From Cereibacter sphaeroides 2.4.1 (GTDB lineage Bacteria; Pseudomonadota; Alphaproteobacteria; Rhodobacterales; Rhodobacteraceae), in assembly GCF_000012905.2 (NCBI RefSeq), contig NC_007493.2, positions 2,790,001 to 2,822,000 on the forward strand: DNA of 32,000 bases, in the 5' to 3' direction. Below, piece by piece: positions 8,789 through 17,600 of the stretch; position 1 is the stretch's first letter; each line of letters opens with the position of its first letter. A program made the position numbers and the translations under genes. The notes under the pieces were generated by a model, which ran no database searches, was not told the DNA's origin, and saw only the letters and a program-made list of their open reading frames with translations.

Positions 8789-9343
8789 TCAGTGGAAGCG
8801 GGCTTCCACTTCCTTGATCGACTCGTCGATGGAGGCCGAGGCCGCCGCCGGGGTCATCTGGCGCGAGAGCAGGTCGGCCGCAGCCGCCACGGCCACCGAA
8901 ACGGCCTGCTCGCGGATCGCCCGCACCGCGCCGGCTTCGGCCGATGCGATCTGGTCCTCGGCCGCGGCGAGACGCCGGGCGATCGAGGCCCGGAGGTCGG
9001 CCTTGGCCTGTTCGGCCGCCGCCTGCGCCTCGTCCCGTGCCGAAGCGACGATACGGGCCGCCTGCTCCTGCACTTCCTTCTGCTTGCGGTCGTAGGAGGC
9101 GAGGATGGTCCGCGCTTCCTCACGGAGCGCGCGGGCCTCTTCCAGTTCGGTGCGGATCTGCACCGACCGCTTGTCCAGCATCCCGAGGATGCGTCCCGGA
9201 ACCTTGGCGTAGAGGAGGATCCCCATGAAGAGGAGGAAGGCCAGTGTCACGATGAAGTTGGTGTTCGACAGCGACAGGAACGGCCCCGTGGCCGCCATCG
9301 CCGGCGACGCGGCCAGCACCGCGAGGATCGAGAGCTTCTTCAT
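8789..9343 (-). CDS. atpF: F0F1 ATP synthase subunit b
   Basis: MKKLSILAVLAA..., with one N-terminal hydrophobic segment and then a long Ala/Glu/Arg-rich helix typical of subunit b. ATG at 9343. An alternative GTG at 9352 would overlap the atpX stop (GTGA). Confidence 0.9.
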   Translation of the reverse strand: MKKLSILAVLAASPAMAATGPFLSLSNTNFIVTLAFLLFMGILLYAKVPGRILGMLDKRSVQIRTELEEARALREEARTILASYDRKQKEVQEQAARIVASARDEAQAAAEQAKADLRASIARRLAAAEDQIASAEAGAVRAIREQAVSVAVAAAADLLSRQMTPAAASASIDESIKEVEARFH

Positions 9344-9348
9344 CCCGC

Positions 9349-9891
9349 TCACCCCTTCATCCGCGCCGCGACGGCCGCATCCACGGCAGCCGCATCGGAC
9401 TTGCCGCCCAGAGCCGCCACCAGCGCCTCGGCCGTGTCCTTCGCCACTTCGCTCACGCTTTGCAGCGCACCGGCCCGGATCTCGGCGATGCGCGCCTCCG
9501 ACTCCGCCGACTTGGCAGAGATCTCGGCATCCGCCTTCGCCGTGGCCTCGTCCAGCTCGGCCTGAATGGCCGCACGGGTTTCGGCGACGATGGCCTGCGC
9601 TTCGGCCCGGGCTTTCGCCAGCGCCTCGTTATAGGCTTTCTCGGCCAGAACGGCCTTCTGCTTCAGCTCTTCGGCCGCGGCCAGATCGTTGGTGATCGTG
9701 CCACGACGTTCGGCGAGAACGGCCCCGATCCGGGGCAGAGCCACCCGCGTCAGCAGGAAATAGATCGCGACCAGTGTGACCAGAAGCCAGAAGATCTGGT
9801 TCGGCCAGTAGTCGAAGTTGAGCTGCGGCATGCCGACGGCTTGCCCAGCGTGGCCGGCCGCACCCGCCGCTTCATGCACTTCGGTTTCCAT
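9349..9891 (-). CDS. atpX: F0F1 ATP synthase subunit b'
   Basis: 180 aa, ATG 9891 lies 7 nt after AGGAG. It has the [26 protein letters not shown] membrane anchor followed by a long charged helix. Its position between atpE and atpF matches alphaproteobacterial atpIBEXF operons. Confidence 0.9.
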
Positions 9892-9960
9892 CTCGTTCTC
9901 CTGCAGCCCCGATGCTCCGGCCGGAAGGGCACGAGGCCCGCCCGGCCGGGTTCGCCGTCA

Positions 9961-10197
9961 TCAGACGGCGAACATCAGCAGGAGCGCGATCAGGAACGAG
10001 AAGATGCCGAGAGCTTCCGCGAAGGCAATGCCGACGAAGAGGTTCGCCATCTGGCCCGGAGCGGCCGACGGGTTGCGGAGGGCGCCGGCGAGGAAGTTGC
10101 CAGCAACGTGGCCCACGCCGATCCCAGCGCCGCCGAGGCCGATGGTGGCCAGGCCCGCGCCGATGAATTTGCCCATTTCTGCGATATCGCCTTCCAT
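9961..10197 (-). CDS. atpE: F0F1 ATP synthase subunit c
   Basis: 78 aa [29 protein letters not shown]...[23 protein letters not shown]. It is a two-helix hairpin with the conserved carboxylate (AEA). The internal ATG at 10197 was chosen over the 105-aa track ORF. Confidence 0.95.
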
Positions 10198-10249
10198 AGC
10201 ATTCAGCTCCTTGGTGGAATGGTCAATTGAGGGTTTTCGGGGTCCGACC

Positions 10250-11035
10250 TCAGTGGTGGGCGTCGCCCACCGCGTCACGAAGATAGACGCAGGTCAGGAT
10301 GGTGAAGACATAGGCCTGGACGACGGCGACCAGCAGTTCGAGCGCATAGATCGCGGTCACGGCGCCGACGACGACCGGCGAGACCACCACGATCGAGGCG
10401 AAGCCCGCGATCACCTTGATCACCGCATGGCCGGCCATCATGTTGCCGGCAAGCCGGATCGAGTGGCTGACGGGGCGCACGAAGTAGGAGATCACCTCGA
10501 TCACGGCCAGAACCGGACGGATGGCGAGCGGCGCCGAGGTCACCCAGAACATCTTGAGGAAGCCCGGGCCGTTCTTCATGAAGCCGAGCGCGGTCACGCC
10601 GACGAAGACCATGAGCGCGAGCGGCACCGTGACGGCCATGTGGCTCGTGGTGGTGAAGGAGAGCGGCAGCAGACCCAGCACGTTCCCGCAGAGCACGAAG
10701 AGGAACAGCGTCATCACATAGGGGAAGTATTTCACGCCCTCGTGGCCGGTCACTTCCTCGACCATGTTGTGGATGAAGCCGTAGAGCAGCTCGGCGACCG
10801 ACTGGCTGCGCGAGGGGACGATCGCCCGCCGCCGGGTCCCGAGCACGAGGATCGCCGCGATCACCAGCACCGCGATCGCCATCCACATGGTGACATTGGT
10901 GATGTCATACCAGTGGATGTTCGTGGTGCATTCGTTCATCGGCGCGGTGCTCTCCGTGTGGCAGAAGAGCTTCTTCACGATGAACTGGTCCATCGGGTGA
11001 ATGGCCAACCCGGTGTGCTCGACTTCCGTTTCCAC
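10250..11035 (-). CDS. atpB: F0F1 ATP synthase subunit a
   Basis: Polytopic membrane protein with IHPMDQF near the N-terminus and the conserved [12 protein letters not shown] arginine motif. The start at 11035 is GTG, 3 nt after the atpI stop. An ATG at 10993 is the alternative. Confidence 0.92.
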
Positions 11036-11038
11036 GCG

Positions 11039-11374
11039 TCAATCCCCTTTTGCAGACGTGTCTGCCGTTCTGTCCCGATTCGACGCCTGAAGCTGCTGCG
11101 CGGTCCGCAGCATGGTCTTCACTCCGGCGACGAACCCCAGCAGGGCGAAGATCATCAGGAAGATGGGCATCGTGCCGAACACCCAGTCCAGCCCGTAGCC
11201 GATCGCGAGGCCCAGCAGCATGCCGGAAACCAGCTCGATCACCATCCGCCAGGCGACTTCACCCTGCGAAAATCCCTTGCCTGCGCCGGAACGCTTGATC
11301 TGGCGGCCCGAGTGCGCCTTCGCGATCCGCTCTTCCAGCGCCCGCAGCCGGTCGGGATCGGGCTCGTCCGCCAT
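11039..11374 (-). CDS. atpI: AtpI/AtpZ-family ATP synthase protein I
   Basis: 111 aa from ATG 11374 (MADEPDPDRLRALEERI...), with two hydrophobic helices (VIELVSGMLLGLAIGYGL; MPIFLMIFALLGFVAGV). It is the first gene of the F0 operon. Confidence 0.8.
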   Translation of the reverse strand: MADEPDPDRLRALEERIAKAHSGRQIKRSGAGKGFSQGEVAWRMVIELVSGMLLGLAIGYGLDWVFGTMPIFLMIFALLGFVAGVKTMLRTAQQLQASNRDRTADTSAKGD

Positions 11375-11520
11375 CCTGAGCGTCCCTTCAACAGTCCCGG
11401 CTTTCCTAAGCAGGGGGGGCAACTGAGTCAAGCAACCATTTACCTCGACTTACCCATTGAATTTGCTTCGCTTTGCAGCCTGGGCCGGAGAGCCTTCCGC
11501 CCGGTTTGGGCGCTAACGGA

Positions 11521-11576
11521 AGCCTCCGGCACATTCAACCCGGAGGTTGACGATGCCGCGGCGCCGCGTCACATGA
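11521..11576 (+). promoter_or_regulatory. candidate translational control element: SD-sequestering hairpin plus 7-codon uORF overlapping the ArsR-family start
   Basis: AGCCTCCGG (11521-11529) pairs with CCGGAGGTT (11540-11548; 8 Watson-Crick pairs plus 1 G-U) and buries GGAGG (11542-11546). ATG 11553 lies 6 nt after that SD and opens MPRRRVT. Its TGA (11574-11576) overlaps the ArsR ATG (11573-11575). Confidence 0.3.
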
Positions 11577-11935
11577 AGGTCATGGCCTGCACGCTCGACA
11601 TCATCTTCTCGGCCCTGGCCGACCCGACGCGGCGGGCAATCCTGACGATGCTGCTCGAGGACGACATGGCCGTGACCGACGTGGCCGAGCCCTTCGACAT
11701 GTCGCTGGCCGCGATCTCGAAGCATCTTCAGGTGCTGGCCGAGGCGGGGCTTATCACTCAGGAAAAGCGCGGCCGGGTGAAATGGTGCAAGCTCGAGCCG
11801 GATGCGCTGAAGGCCGCTTCGGTCTGGATGCAGGGCTTCGGCCAGTTCGAGCCGGTCAATCTCGACGCCTTCGAACGGTTCCTCGCGCGGGAGCTGGAGG
11901 AGCCGCCGGAGCTGCCCGACGCGGCCGCCTCCTGA
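11573..11935 (+). CDS. ArsR/SmtB-family transcriptional regulator
   Basis: MKVMACTLDIIFSALADPTRRAILTMLLEDDMAVTDVAEPFDMSLAAISKHLQVLAEAGLI is a classic ArsR wHTH. Only the last 120 codons of the 705-aa track ORF are credible. An ATG at 11582 is an alternative start. Confidence 0.85.
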   Translation: MKVMACTLDIIFSALADPTRRAILTMLLEDDMAVTDVAEPFDMSLAAISKHLQVLAEAGLITQEKRGRVKWCKLEPDALKAASVWMQGFGQFEPVNLDAFERFLARELEEPPELPDAAAS

Positions 11936-11969
11936 CGGGCCCCTCGCCGCCGGTTGCGAACTCCGGCGG

Positions 11970-13475
11970 TCAGGCAAAGAGACCCGCATAGCGCGCACGC
12001 AGGAGGGTCTTCTGCACCTTGCCCATCGTGTTCCGCGGCAGCTCCTCGACCAGCACGGCCGCGCGGGGCTGCTTGAACCGCGCGAGCCGGTCCGCGATCG
12101 CCCCCAGAACCGCCTGCGGGTCCAGCGTCACGCCCGGCCGCGGCACCAGCACCGCCAGCGCCGCCTCGCCCAGATCGGGAAGGGGCAGCCCCACCACCGC
12201 GCTTTCCAGCACGCCCGGCTGTTCGTCGAGCAAAAGCTCCACCTCCTTGGGGTAGATGTTGTAGCCGCCCGAGATGATGAGGTCCTTCTGGCGGCCGACG
12301 ATCTGCACATAGCCCTCGGCATCGCGGCAGCCGAGATCGCCCGTGACGAAGAAGCCGTCCGGGCGCAGCTCCTCGGCGGTCTTCTCGGGCATCTGCCAGT
12401 AGCCCTGGAAGACGTTGGGCCCCCGCACCTCGATCACGCCGATCTCGCCGGGCGCGACCTCGCGGCCCTGGTCGAGGATCCGCAGCTCGACTCCCGGCAG
12501 CGGGAAGCCCACCGTGCCCGCCCGCCGCTCGCCCTCGTAGGGGTTCGAGGTGGACATGTTGGTTTCAGTCATGCCGTAGCGTTCGAGGATGCGGTGGCCG
12601 GTGCGGGCCTCGAACTCGGCATGGGTGTCGGCCAGAAGCGGGGCCGAGCCGGAGACGAAGAGCCTCATGCCAGCCGCAAGCGCGCGCGTCAGGCGCGGGT
12701 CGCTCAAGAGCCGCGTGTAGAAGGTGGGCACGCCCATCAGCGCCGTGGCCGCGGGCATCCAGCGAAGGATCGCCTCGAGATCGAAGCCGGGCAGGAAGAT
12801 CATGGAGCCGCGGGTCAGGAGCGTCACGTTCGAGGCGACGAAGAGGCCGTGGGTGTGAAAGATCGGCAGCGCATGGATCAGCACGTCGCGCTCGGTGAAG
12901 CGCCAGAGGTCGGCCAGCGCCTCCGCGTTCGACAGGAGGTTGCGCTGGCTCAGCATCGCGCCCTTCGAGCGGCCCGTGGTCCCCGAGGTATAGAGAAGCG
13001 CCGCCAGATCCTCGGCGTCCCGGGGTTCGGCGCCGATCTCTTCGGGCCGGTCCCTCGTCCTCTGCGCGAGATCGCCCGTTCCGTCCGCGTCGAGCGTCAG
13101 GAGCCGCGCCCCGTGCCGCTCGGCCACCGGCGTAAGCGCCGGGGCCTGCGCGCTGTCGCAGAGGAAGATCCGCGGCGTGGCATCGCCCAGGAAATAGTCC
13201 ACTTCGGCCGGCGTATAGGCGGTGTTCAGCGGCAGGAAGACCGCTCCCAGCGCCACCGCCGCCCCATAGACGGCCAGCGCCTCGGGGCTCTTGGCGACCT
13301 GCACGGCGATCCGGTCGCCGGGGCGCAGCCCCTCCGCCCGCAGCGCATGGGCCGTCCGGGCGAGGAGACGGAAGAAGGCGTCGCCGCTCAGCCGCGTGCC
13401 GTCCTTCAGGATTATGAGGTCGCTCGCCCGCCCTTCCAGCGGGGCGAACAGCGCATCGAACAACGGATTGGCCAT
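11970..13475 (-). CDS. matB: malonyl-CoA synthetase (AMP-dependent acyl-CoA ligase, MatB-like)
   Basis: 501 aa, ATG 13475 after GGGAGGGAGG. The N-terminus MANPLFDAL...RPGDRIAVQVAKSPEAL...LPLNTAYTPAEVDYFLGDA closely resembles rhizobial MatB. AMP-binding motif YTSGTTGRSKGA. Confidence 0.85.
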   Translation of the reverse strand: MANPLFDALFAPLEGRASDLIILKDGTRLSGDAFFRLLARTAHALRAEGLRPGDRIAVQVAKSPEALAVYGAAVALGAVFLPLNTAYTPAEVDYFLGDATPRIFLCDSAQAPALTPVAERHGARLLTLDADGTGDLAQRTRDRPEEIGAEPRDAEDLAALLYTSGTTGRSKGAMLSQRNLLSNAEALADLWRFTERDVLIHALPIFHTHGLFVASNVTLLTRGSMIFLPGFDLEAILRWMPAATALMGVPTFYTRLLSDPRLTRALAAGMRLFVSGSAPLLADTHAEFEARTGHRILERYGMTETNMSTSNPYEGERRAGTVGFPLPGVELRILDQGREVAPGEIGVIEVRGPNVFQGYWQMPEKTAEELRPDGFFVTGDLGCRDAEGYVQIVGRQKDLIISGGYNIYPKEVELLLDEQPGVLESAVVGLPLPDLGEAALAVLVPRPGVTLDPQAVLGAIADRLARFKQPRAAVLVEELPRNTMGKVQKTLLRARYAGLFA

Positions 13476-13502
13476 CGGGTCCTCCCTCCCTTGGGCCGGG
13501 GA

Positions 13503-14312
13503 TCAGAAGTCGGGCTTCACCCCCGGCAGCTTCAGCTCGATCAGCAGGTCACGCACCTCCTGCCGCGCCGCGATGTTGGAGAGGCTGAGCTGCTCCACCC
13601 CCGTGTCGCGCAGGTCGAGAAGCGTGAGCCCGCGCGGAAAGAGCTCGCGGAAGATCACCCGCTCGGAGAAGCCCGCGGCCACCCGGAAGCCGATCCGGCG
13701 CGAGAGATCCTCGAGCGCCGCCCCCACCTTCTTCTTGTTGTGCATCTGCTGCGCGCCGAGGCGGTTGCGCAGCACGATCCAGTCGATCGGCTTCAGCCCG
13801 GCCTGCGCGCGGAACTGGCGCGCACTCCAGACCATCTCGGCATAGATCGAGGGGCCCTTGACCTTGCCGGTCTCGGGATCGATCCGGGCCAGAAGGTCGA
13901 AATCGACGAAACTGTCGTTCAGCGGCGTCACCAGCGTGTCGGCCAGCGAATGCGCCACCTGGCTCAGCCGCGTGTGCGAGCCGGGGCAGTCGATCAGGAT
14001 GAAGTCCGAGACCGGCTCGAGCGCGGCCATGGCCTTGGCCATCCGCACGTCGAGCGGGTTCTCGCCCTCGGGCACCTCGCTCTCCTCCACCTCGGGCAGG
14101 ACGCGGTAGTCCGGCATCGGCAGGGAGAGACCCGAGCTTTCGGCGAAGGCCAGCCGGTTCTCGACATAGCGGCCGAAGCTGCGCTGGCGGAGATCGAGGT
14201 CGAGCGCCCCCACCCGGAAGCCCAGCCGCACCAGCGCGGTCGCCACATGCATGCAGGTGGTGGATTTGCCCGAGCCGCCCTTCTCGTTGCCCACCACGAT
14301 GATATGCGCCAC
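13503..14312 (-). CDS. mipZ: division-plane positioning ATPase MipZ (ParA-like)
   Basis: 269 aa with a GTG start at 14312. It has the deviant Walker A VVGNEKGGSGKST and LDLDLRQRS, as in Caulobacter MipZ. Confidence 0.85.
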   Translation of the reverse strand: MAHIIVVGNEKGGSGKSTTCMHVATALVRLGFRVGALDLDLRQRSFGRYVENRLAFAESSGLSLPMPDYRVLPEVEESEVPEGENPLDVRMAKAMAALEPVSDFILIDCPGSHTRLSQVAHSLADTLVTPLNDSFVDFDLLARIDPETGKVKGPSIYAEMVWSARQFRAQAGLKPIDWIVLRNRLGAQQMHNKKKVGAALEDLSRRIGFRVAAGFSERVIFRELFPRGLTLLDLRDTGVEQLSLSNIAARQEVRDLLIELKLPGVKPDF

Positions 14313-14460
14313 GGGAAGCCCTCATTCTTGCCCTGTGTCCGCGACTAGCCGCTGTCCGCCATCGGCGCAAGGGCGCCGGGGGACGCGGCCACATTCCCGC
14401 CCGCCGCCATGGCGCGGAGAACGCAGCGGACGGGGCAGGATCCGGCGCTGCCCCCCAATG

Positions 14461-14488
14461 CAAAAGGGCGCGCCCGAGGCGCGCCCTT
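14461..14488 (-). terminator. rho-independent terminator of rpmE
   Basis: On the minus strand: AAGGGCGCGCC, loop TCG, GGCGCGCCCTT, then TTG. This is a perfect 11-bp stem (14464-14474 / 14478-14488) followed by a run of four T, 20 nt after the rpmE stop. Confidence 0.7.
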
Positions 14489-14508
14489 CGCAGACGTGGG
14501 GTCCGAAC

Positions 14509-14730
14509 TCAGAAGCCGAGGCCCGCGTATTTGTTCTTGAACTTCGACACGCGGCCCCCGGTGTCCATCAGCTTGGCGGTGCCGCCGGTCCAGGCCGGGT
14601 GGGCGAGCGGGTCGATCTCGAGCGCCATCTGTTCGCCTTCCTTGCCCCAGGTGGAGCGGATCTGGAACACGGTGCCGTCCGTCATCTTGACGTCGATCAT
14701 GTGGTAGTCGGGGTGGATGCCCTTTTTCAT
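14509..14730 (-). CDS. rpmE: 50S ribosomal protein L31 (Cys-less form)
   Basis: 73 aa [32 protein letters not shown]...[12 protein letters not shown]. Confidence 0.95.
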   Translation of the reverse strand: MKKGIHPDYHMIDVKMTDGTVFQIRSTWGKEGEQMALEIDPLAHPAWTGGTAKLMDTGGRVSKFKNKYAGLGF

Positions 14731-14742
14731 GTCCGCCGCTCC

Positions 14743-15117
14743 TTACTCGGATTTTTCTTTGTAGTTGGTGACTTCCGCGATCCGGGCCGACTTGCCGCGG
14801 CGCGAGCGGAGGTAATAGAGCTTCGCCCGGCGGACGCGGCCGCGGCGGACGACCTCGATCGAGTCGATGTTGGTCGAGTAGAGCGGGAACACGCGTTCCA
14901 CGCCTTCGCCGAAGGAGATCTTGCGCACGGTGAACGAGGCGGAGATCGTGTTGCCGCCCTTGCGGCCGATCACGACGCCTTCGTAGTTCTGCACGCGCGA
15001 GCGGGTGCCTTCGGTCACCTTGTAGCCGACGCGGACGGTGTCGCCGGCCTTGAAGTCCGGGATGGTCTTGCCGAGAGCGGCGATCTGCTCGGCCTCGAGT
15101 TGCGCGATCAGGTTCAT
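14743..15117 (-). CDS. rplS: 50S ribosomal protein L19
   Basis: 124 aa [50 protein letters not shown]... Confidence 0.97.
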
Positions 15118-15165
15118 CGCAAGTCCTTTCCAATGCTCGCGGTTGCCCCGCGAAGTGATGCCGCC

Positions 15166-16002
15166 TCAGAGCTCTCGGTCTTCATCCGGGTCCCTACCGC
15201 GCGCCGCGCAGTAAGCCCGCCAGAGATCAGGCCTGCGTTCCTTCGTCAGCCTCTCGGCCTCGGCTCTCCGCCAGCGGGCGATGTTCGCGTGATGGCCGGA
15301 GAGAAGAACCTCCGGGATCGTGCGATCCTGCCAGACGGTCGGCCGTGTATACTGCGGAAATTCAAGAAGTCCCTCCGAAAAGGATTCCTCTTCGGTGGAC
15401 GCATGATTCCCGAGCACGCGCGGTATAAGGCGCACAGTGGCGTCGATCAAGGCCTGAGCCGCGATCTCGCCCCCCGTCAGGACGAAATCGCCGAGGCTGA
15501 CCTCCTCGACCGCATAGGCATCGAGAACCCGCTGGTCGACGCCCTCGAACCGGCCGCAGAGAAGGGTCAGGCCCTCGGCCCCGGCCCAGTCCCGCGCCAT
15601 GGCCTGGCTGAAGGGCTTGCCGCGCGGCGAGAGATAGACCACCGGCCAGCGCGACCGCTCGGGCGGGGTGCCCACGGAGGCGGCATCGAGCGCACGGGCC
15701 ACGATGTCGGCGCGCAGGACCATGCCCGCCCCGCCGCCCGCGGGATTGTCGTCGACATTGCGGTGCCTGCCCTCGCCGAAGGGGCGCAGGTCGATGGTCT
15801 CGAGCGACCAGAGCCCCATCTCGAGCGCCTTGCCGGTCAGCGACAGGCCCAGCGTGCCGGGAAAGGCCTCGGGGAAGAGGGTGACGATGCGCGCCTGCCA
15901 GGCGCCCTTCAGCACCGGCGGCCCGCCCAGCTCGCGCGGCTGCAGCGAGGGACGGATGGACAGCCGTCCATGGGATCGGGGGGCGTCGGTTGGGTCGCTC
16001 AT
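15166..16002 (-). CDS. trmD: tRNA (guanine37-N1)-methyltransferase
   Basis: Conserved TLFPEAFPG, LLCGRFEGVDQRV and LTGGEIAAQALIDA. ATG 16002 was chosen because the track start 16038 is TTG. This leaves about 35 residues before the conserved core, and an in-frame GTG near 15915 is possible. Confidence 0.92.
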   Translation of the reverse strand: MSDPTDAPRSHGRLSIRPSLQPRELGGPPVLKGAWQARIVTLFPEAFPGTLGLSLTGKALEMGLWSLETIDLRPFGEGRHRNVDDNPAGGGAGMVLRADIVARALDAASVGTPPERSRWPVVYLSPRGKPFSQAMARDWAGAEGLTLLCGRFEGVDQRVLDAYAVEEVSLGDFVLTGGEIAAQALIDATVRLIPRVLGNHASTEEESFSEGLLEFPQYTRPTVWQDRTIPEVLLSGHHANIARWRRAEAERLTKERRPDLWRAYCAARGRDPDEDREL

Positions 16003-16060
16003 GGCGCGCGGTATGGGCGAAACCGGCCTTCTGGGCAAGGGCGCGGATCGGGCGGGCGCG

Positions 16061-16927
16061 TCAGGCCGCGCGCGACGCTCCGCGGCGCAGGCCCATGCGG
16101 TCGAGCGCCGTGGCGTGGGTCGCCGCGGCCCGGAGCGCGGTGATCGACGGGCAGTCCGGCTCGGCCTGGGGACGCTGCTCGAGCAGGTCCTGCAGGCGCA
16201 GGGTCAGCAGATGCAGGAGACCCCGGTCGCTGCCCGCCACGCGCAGAGCCCGCACCGGCTCGGCCCGGCCGGGGCAGGTGTCGGCCGCGGCGACCGAGGT
16301 GGCCTGCAGGATCAGCGCCCGCCGCGCGGCAAGGCTGCCGTCCCGCGCCTCCGCCAGTCCCCGGTCGAGCGCATCGAGGAGGGCCGCGCTGGTGACCGCG
16401 GGCGCCAGCGCCACGAGGCGCGCCATCAGCTCCGCCTCGTCCGTCTCGTCGGGCAGCCGGAAGAAGGGAGCGACCAGCCGGTCTGCCCGCTGGCTCTCGA
16501 GCTCGACCGCGAGTTCCTCGGGCACCTCGTCGAGATAGCCATGGGCGAAGGCCAGCCGCTCGGGCTCGAGCGTGAGGCGCGAGAAGGGGATGGACAGCAG
16601 CGCGAGGGTGAGCGGCAGGGAGATCTCGATCGCGACGGGACCGGGCAGAAGGCCGGCCGTCCCGCGCCCGACGGCGAGGAGGAGGAGCACGAGACCGCCC
16701 TGCAGGGCCACCGTCGCCGCCGCGCGGGCCAGGGCCTGCGGCTCGCGCCATCCCGCGGGATCGGCCGGCCAGTGTGCGGGCCGCATCACCATGGTCCAGA
16801 GGGTGAAGAGCGCCACGAAGGGCGGCACGACGGGCCAGGGATGTCCGCCGAGCCCTGCGAGGAACGGCCCGAGATAGAGAAAGGCCGTGAAGAGCAGCGA
16901 GAGGCGGAGCTGAAGCCCGAGCGGCAT
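16061..16927 (-). CDS. hypothetical integral membrane protein (about 4 TM segments plus an Ala/Leu/Arg-rich soluble domain)
   Basis: 288 aa, ATG 16927 lies 6 nt after AAGGTGA. Hydrophobic segments are LSLLFTAFLYLGPFLAGLGG, VVPPFVALFTLWTMVM, AATVALQGGLVLLLLAVG and PVAIEISLPLTLALLSIPF. I recognise no family motif. Competing ORFs here are Arg/Gly/Pro-rich off-frame artefacts. Confidence 0.65.
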   Translation of the reverse strand: MPLGLQLRLSLLFTAFLYLGPFLAGLGGHPWPVVPPFVALFTLWTMVMRPAHWPADPAGWREPQALARAAATVALQGGLVLLLLAVGRGTAGLLPGPVAIEISLPLTLALLSIPFSRLTLEPERLAFAHGYLDEVPEELAVELESQRADRLVAPFFRLPDETDEAELMARLVALAPAVTSAALLDALDRGLAEARDGSLAARRALILQATSVAAADTCPGRAEPVRALRVAGSDRGLLHLLTLRLQDLLEQRPQAEPDCPSITALRAAATHATALDRMGLRRGASRAA

Positions 16928-17079
16928 GGGATCACCTTTTGCGGTCCTGCGGCAGGATCGGGCGCAAAAGTGGTGAAGGTTGGGCGAGGACGGGCTGAAT
17001 TCGGGACGCGGGCCGGCCGCCGGGGGCTGTCTGCCCCCGGACCCCCGAGGATATTTGGGCAGAGTGAAAGAGCGGACGC

Positions 17080-17589
17080 TCAGTCGAGCCCCTCGGGCGG
17101 GTCGGCCACGATGCGGCCTGCGGCCAGATCGACCGTCGGCACGACGGCGCGGGTGAAGGGCAGGAGGAGACCCTCGCGCCCGGCCGCGCCGGCGACCTCG
17201 AGAATGTCGCCCGCGCCGTGGTTGTGCACGGCATGGACCCGGCCCAGAAGCGCGCCCCCGGTGTCGCGCACCTCGAGCCCGATCAGGTCGGCATGATAGA
17301 ATTCGTCGTCGCCGAGCGAGGGGAGCCGCGCGCGGTCGACATAAAGCCCCACGCCGCGCAGGGCGTCGGCCTCTTCCTTGGTCGTGACGTCCGACAGACG
17401 CGCGCCGAGCCCGCCCGCGACCGGCCGGGTGAGCGTCACGCGGAAGCTGCGGTCGCCCTTTTCGGTCGAGAGCGGGCCGTAGGAGGCGATGTCGGTCGGC
17501 TCGGTGCAGAAGGACTTCAGCCGCACCTCGCCCTTCACGCCGAAAGCTCCGGCGATGGCACCCACGCAGACGCGGTCGGTCTTGGTCAT
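17080..17589 (-). CDS. rimM: 16S rRNA processing protein RimM
   Basis: [27 protein letters not shown]... plus a C-terminal PRC-barrel-like region. ATG 17589 was chosen because the track start 17610 is TTG. Confidence 0.92.
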   Translation of the reverse strand: MTKTDRVCVGAIAGAFGVKGEVRLKSFCTEPTDIASYGPLSTEKGDRSFRVTLTRPVAGGLGARLSDVTTKEEADALRGVGLYVDRARLPSLGDDEFYHADLIGLEVRDTGGALLGRVHAVHNHGAGDILEVAGAAGREGLLLPFTRAVVPTVDLAAGRIVADPPEGLD

Positions 17590-17600
17590 CTTCGGCCCCG

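Noticed and set aside
8789-11374. F0-only ATP synthase operon (no F1 genes) as an anomaly
   Set aside because: A separate atpIBEXF F0 operon with duplicated b/b' subunits is the established arrangement in purple non-sulfur and other alphaproteobacteria. It is expected rather than novel.
9818-11572. N-terminal ~585 codons of the 705-aa plus-strand ORF
   Set aside because: It is antisense to atpX, atpE, atpB and atpI, all of which have clear family signatures. Only the C-terminal ArsR-family part from 11573 is credible.
12594-16143. 584-aa (12594-14348) and 630-aa (14251-16143) plus-strand ORFs
   Set aside because: They are antisense to matB, mipZ, rpmE, rplS and trmD. Their composition is low complexity, and the opposite-strand genes are unambiguous.
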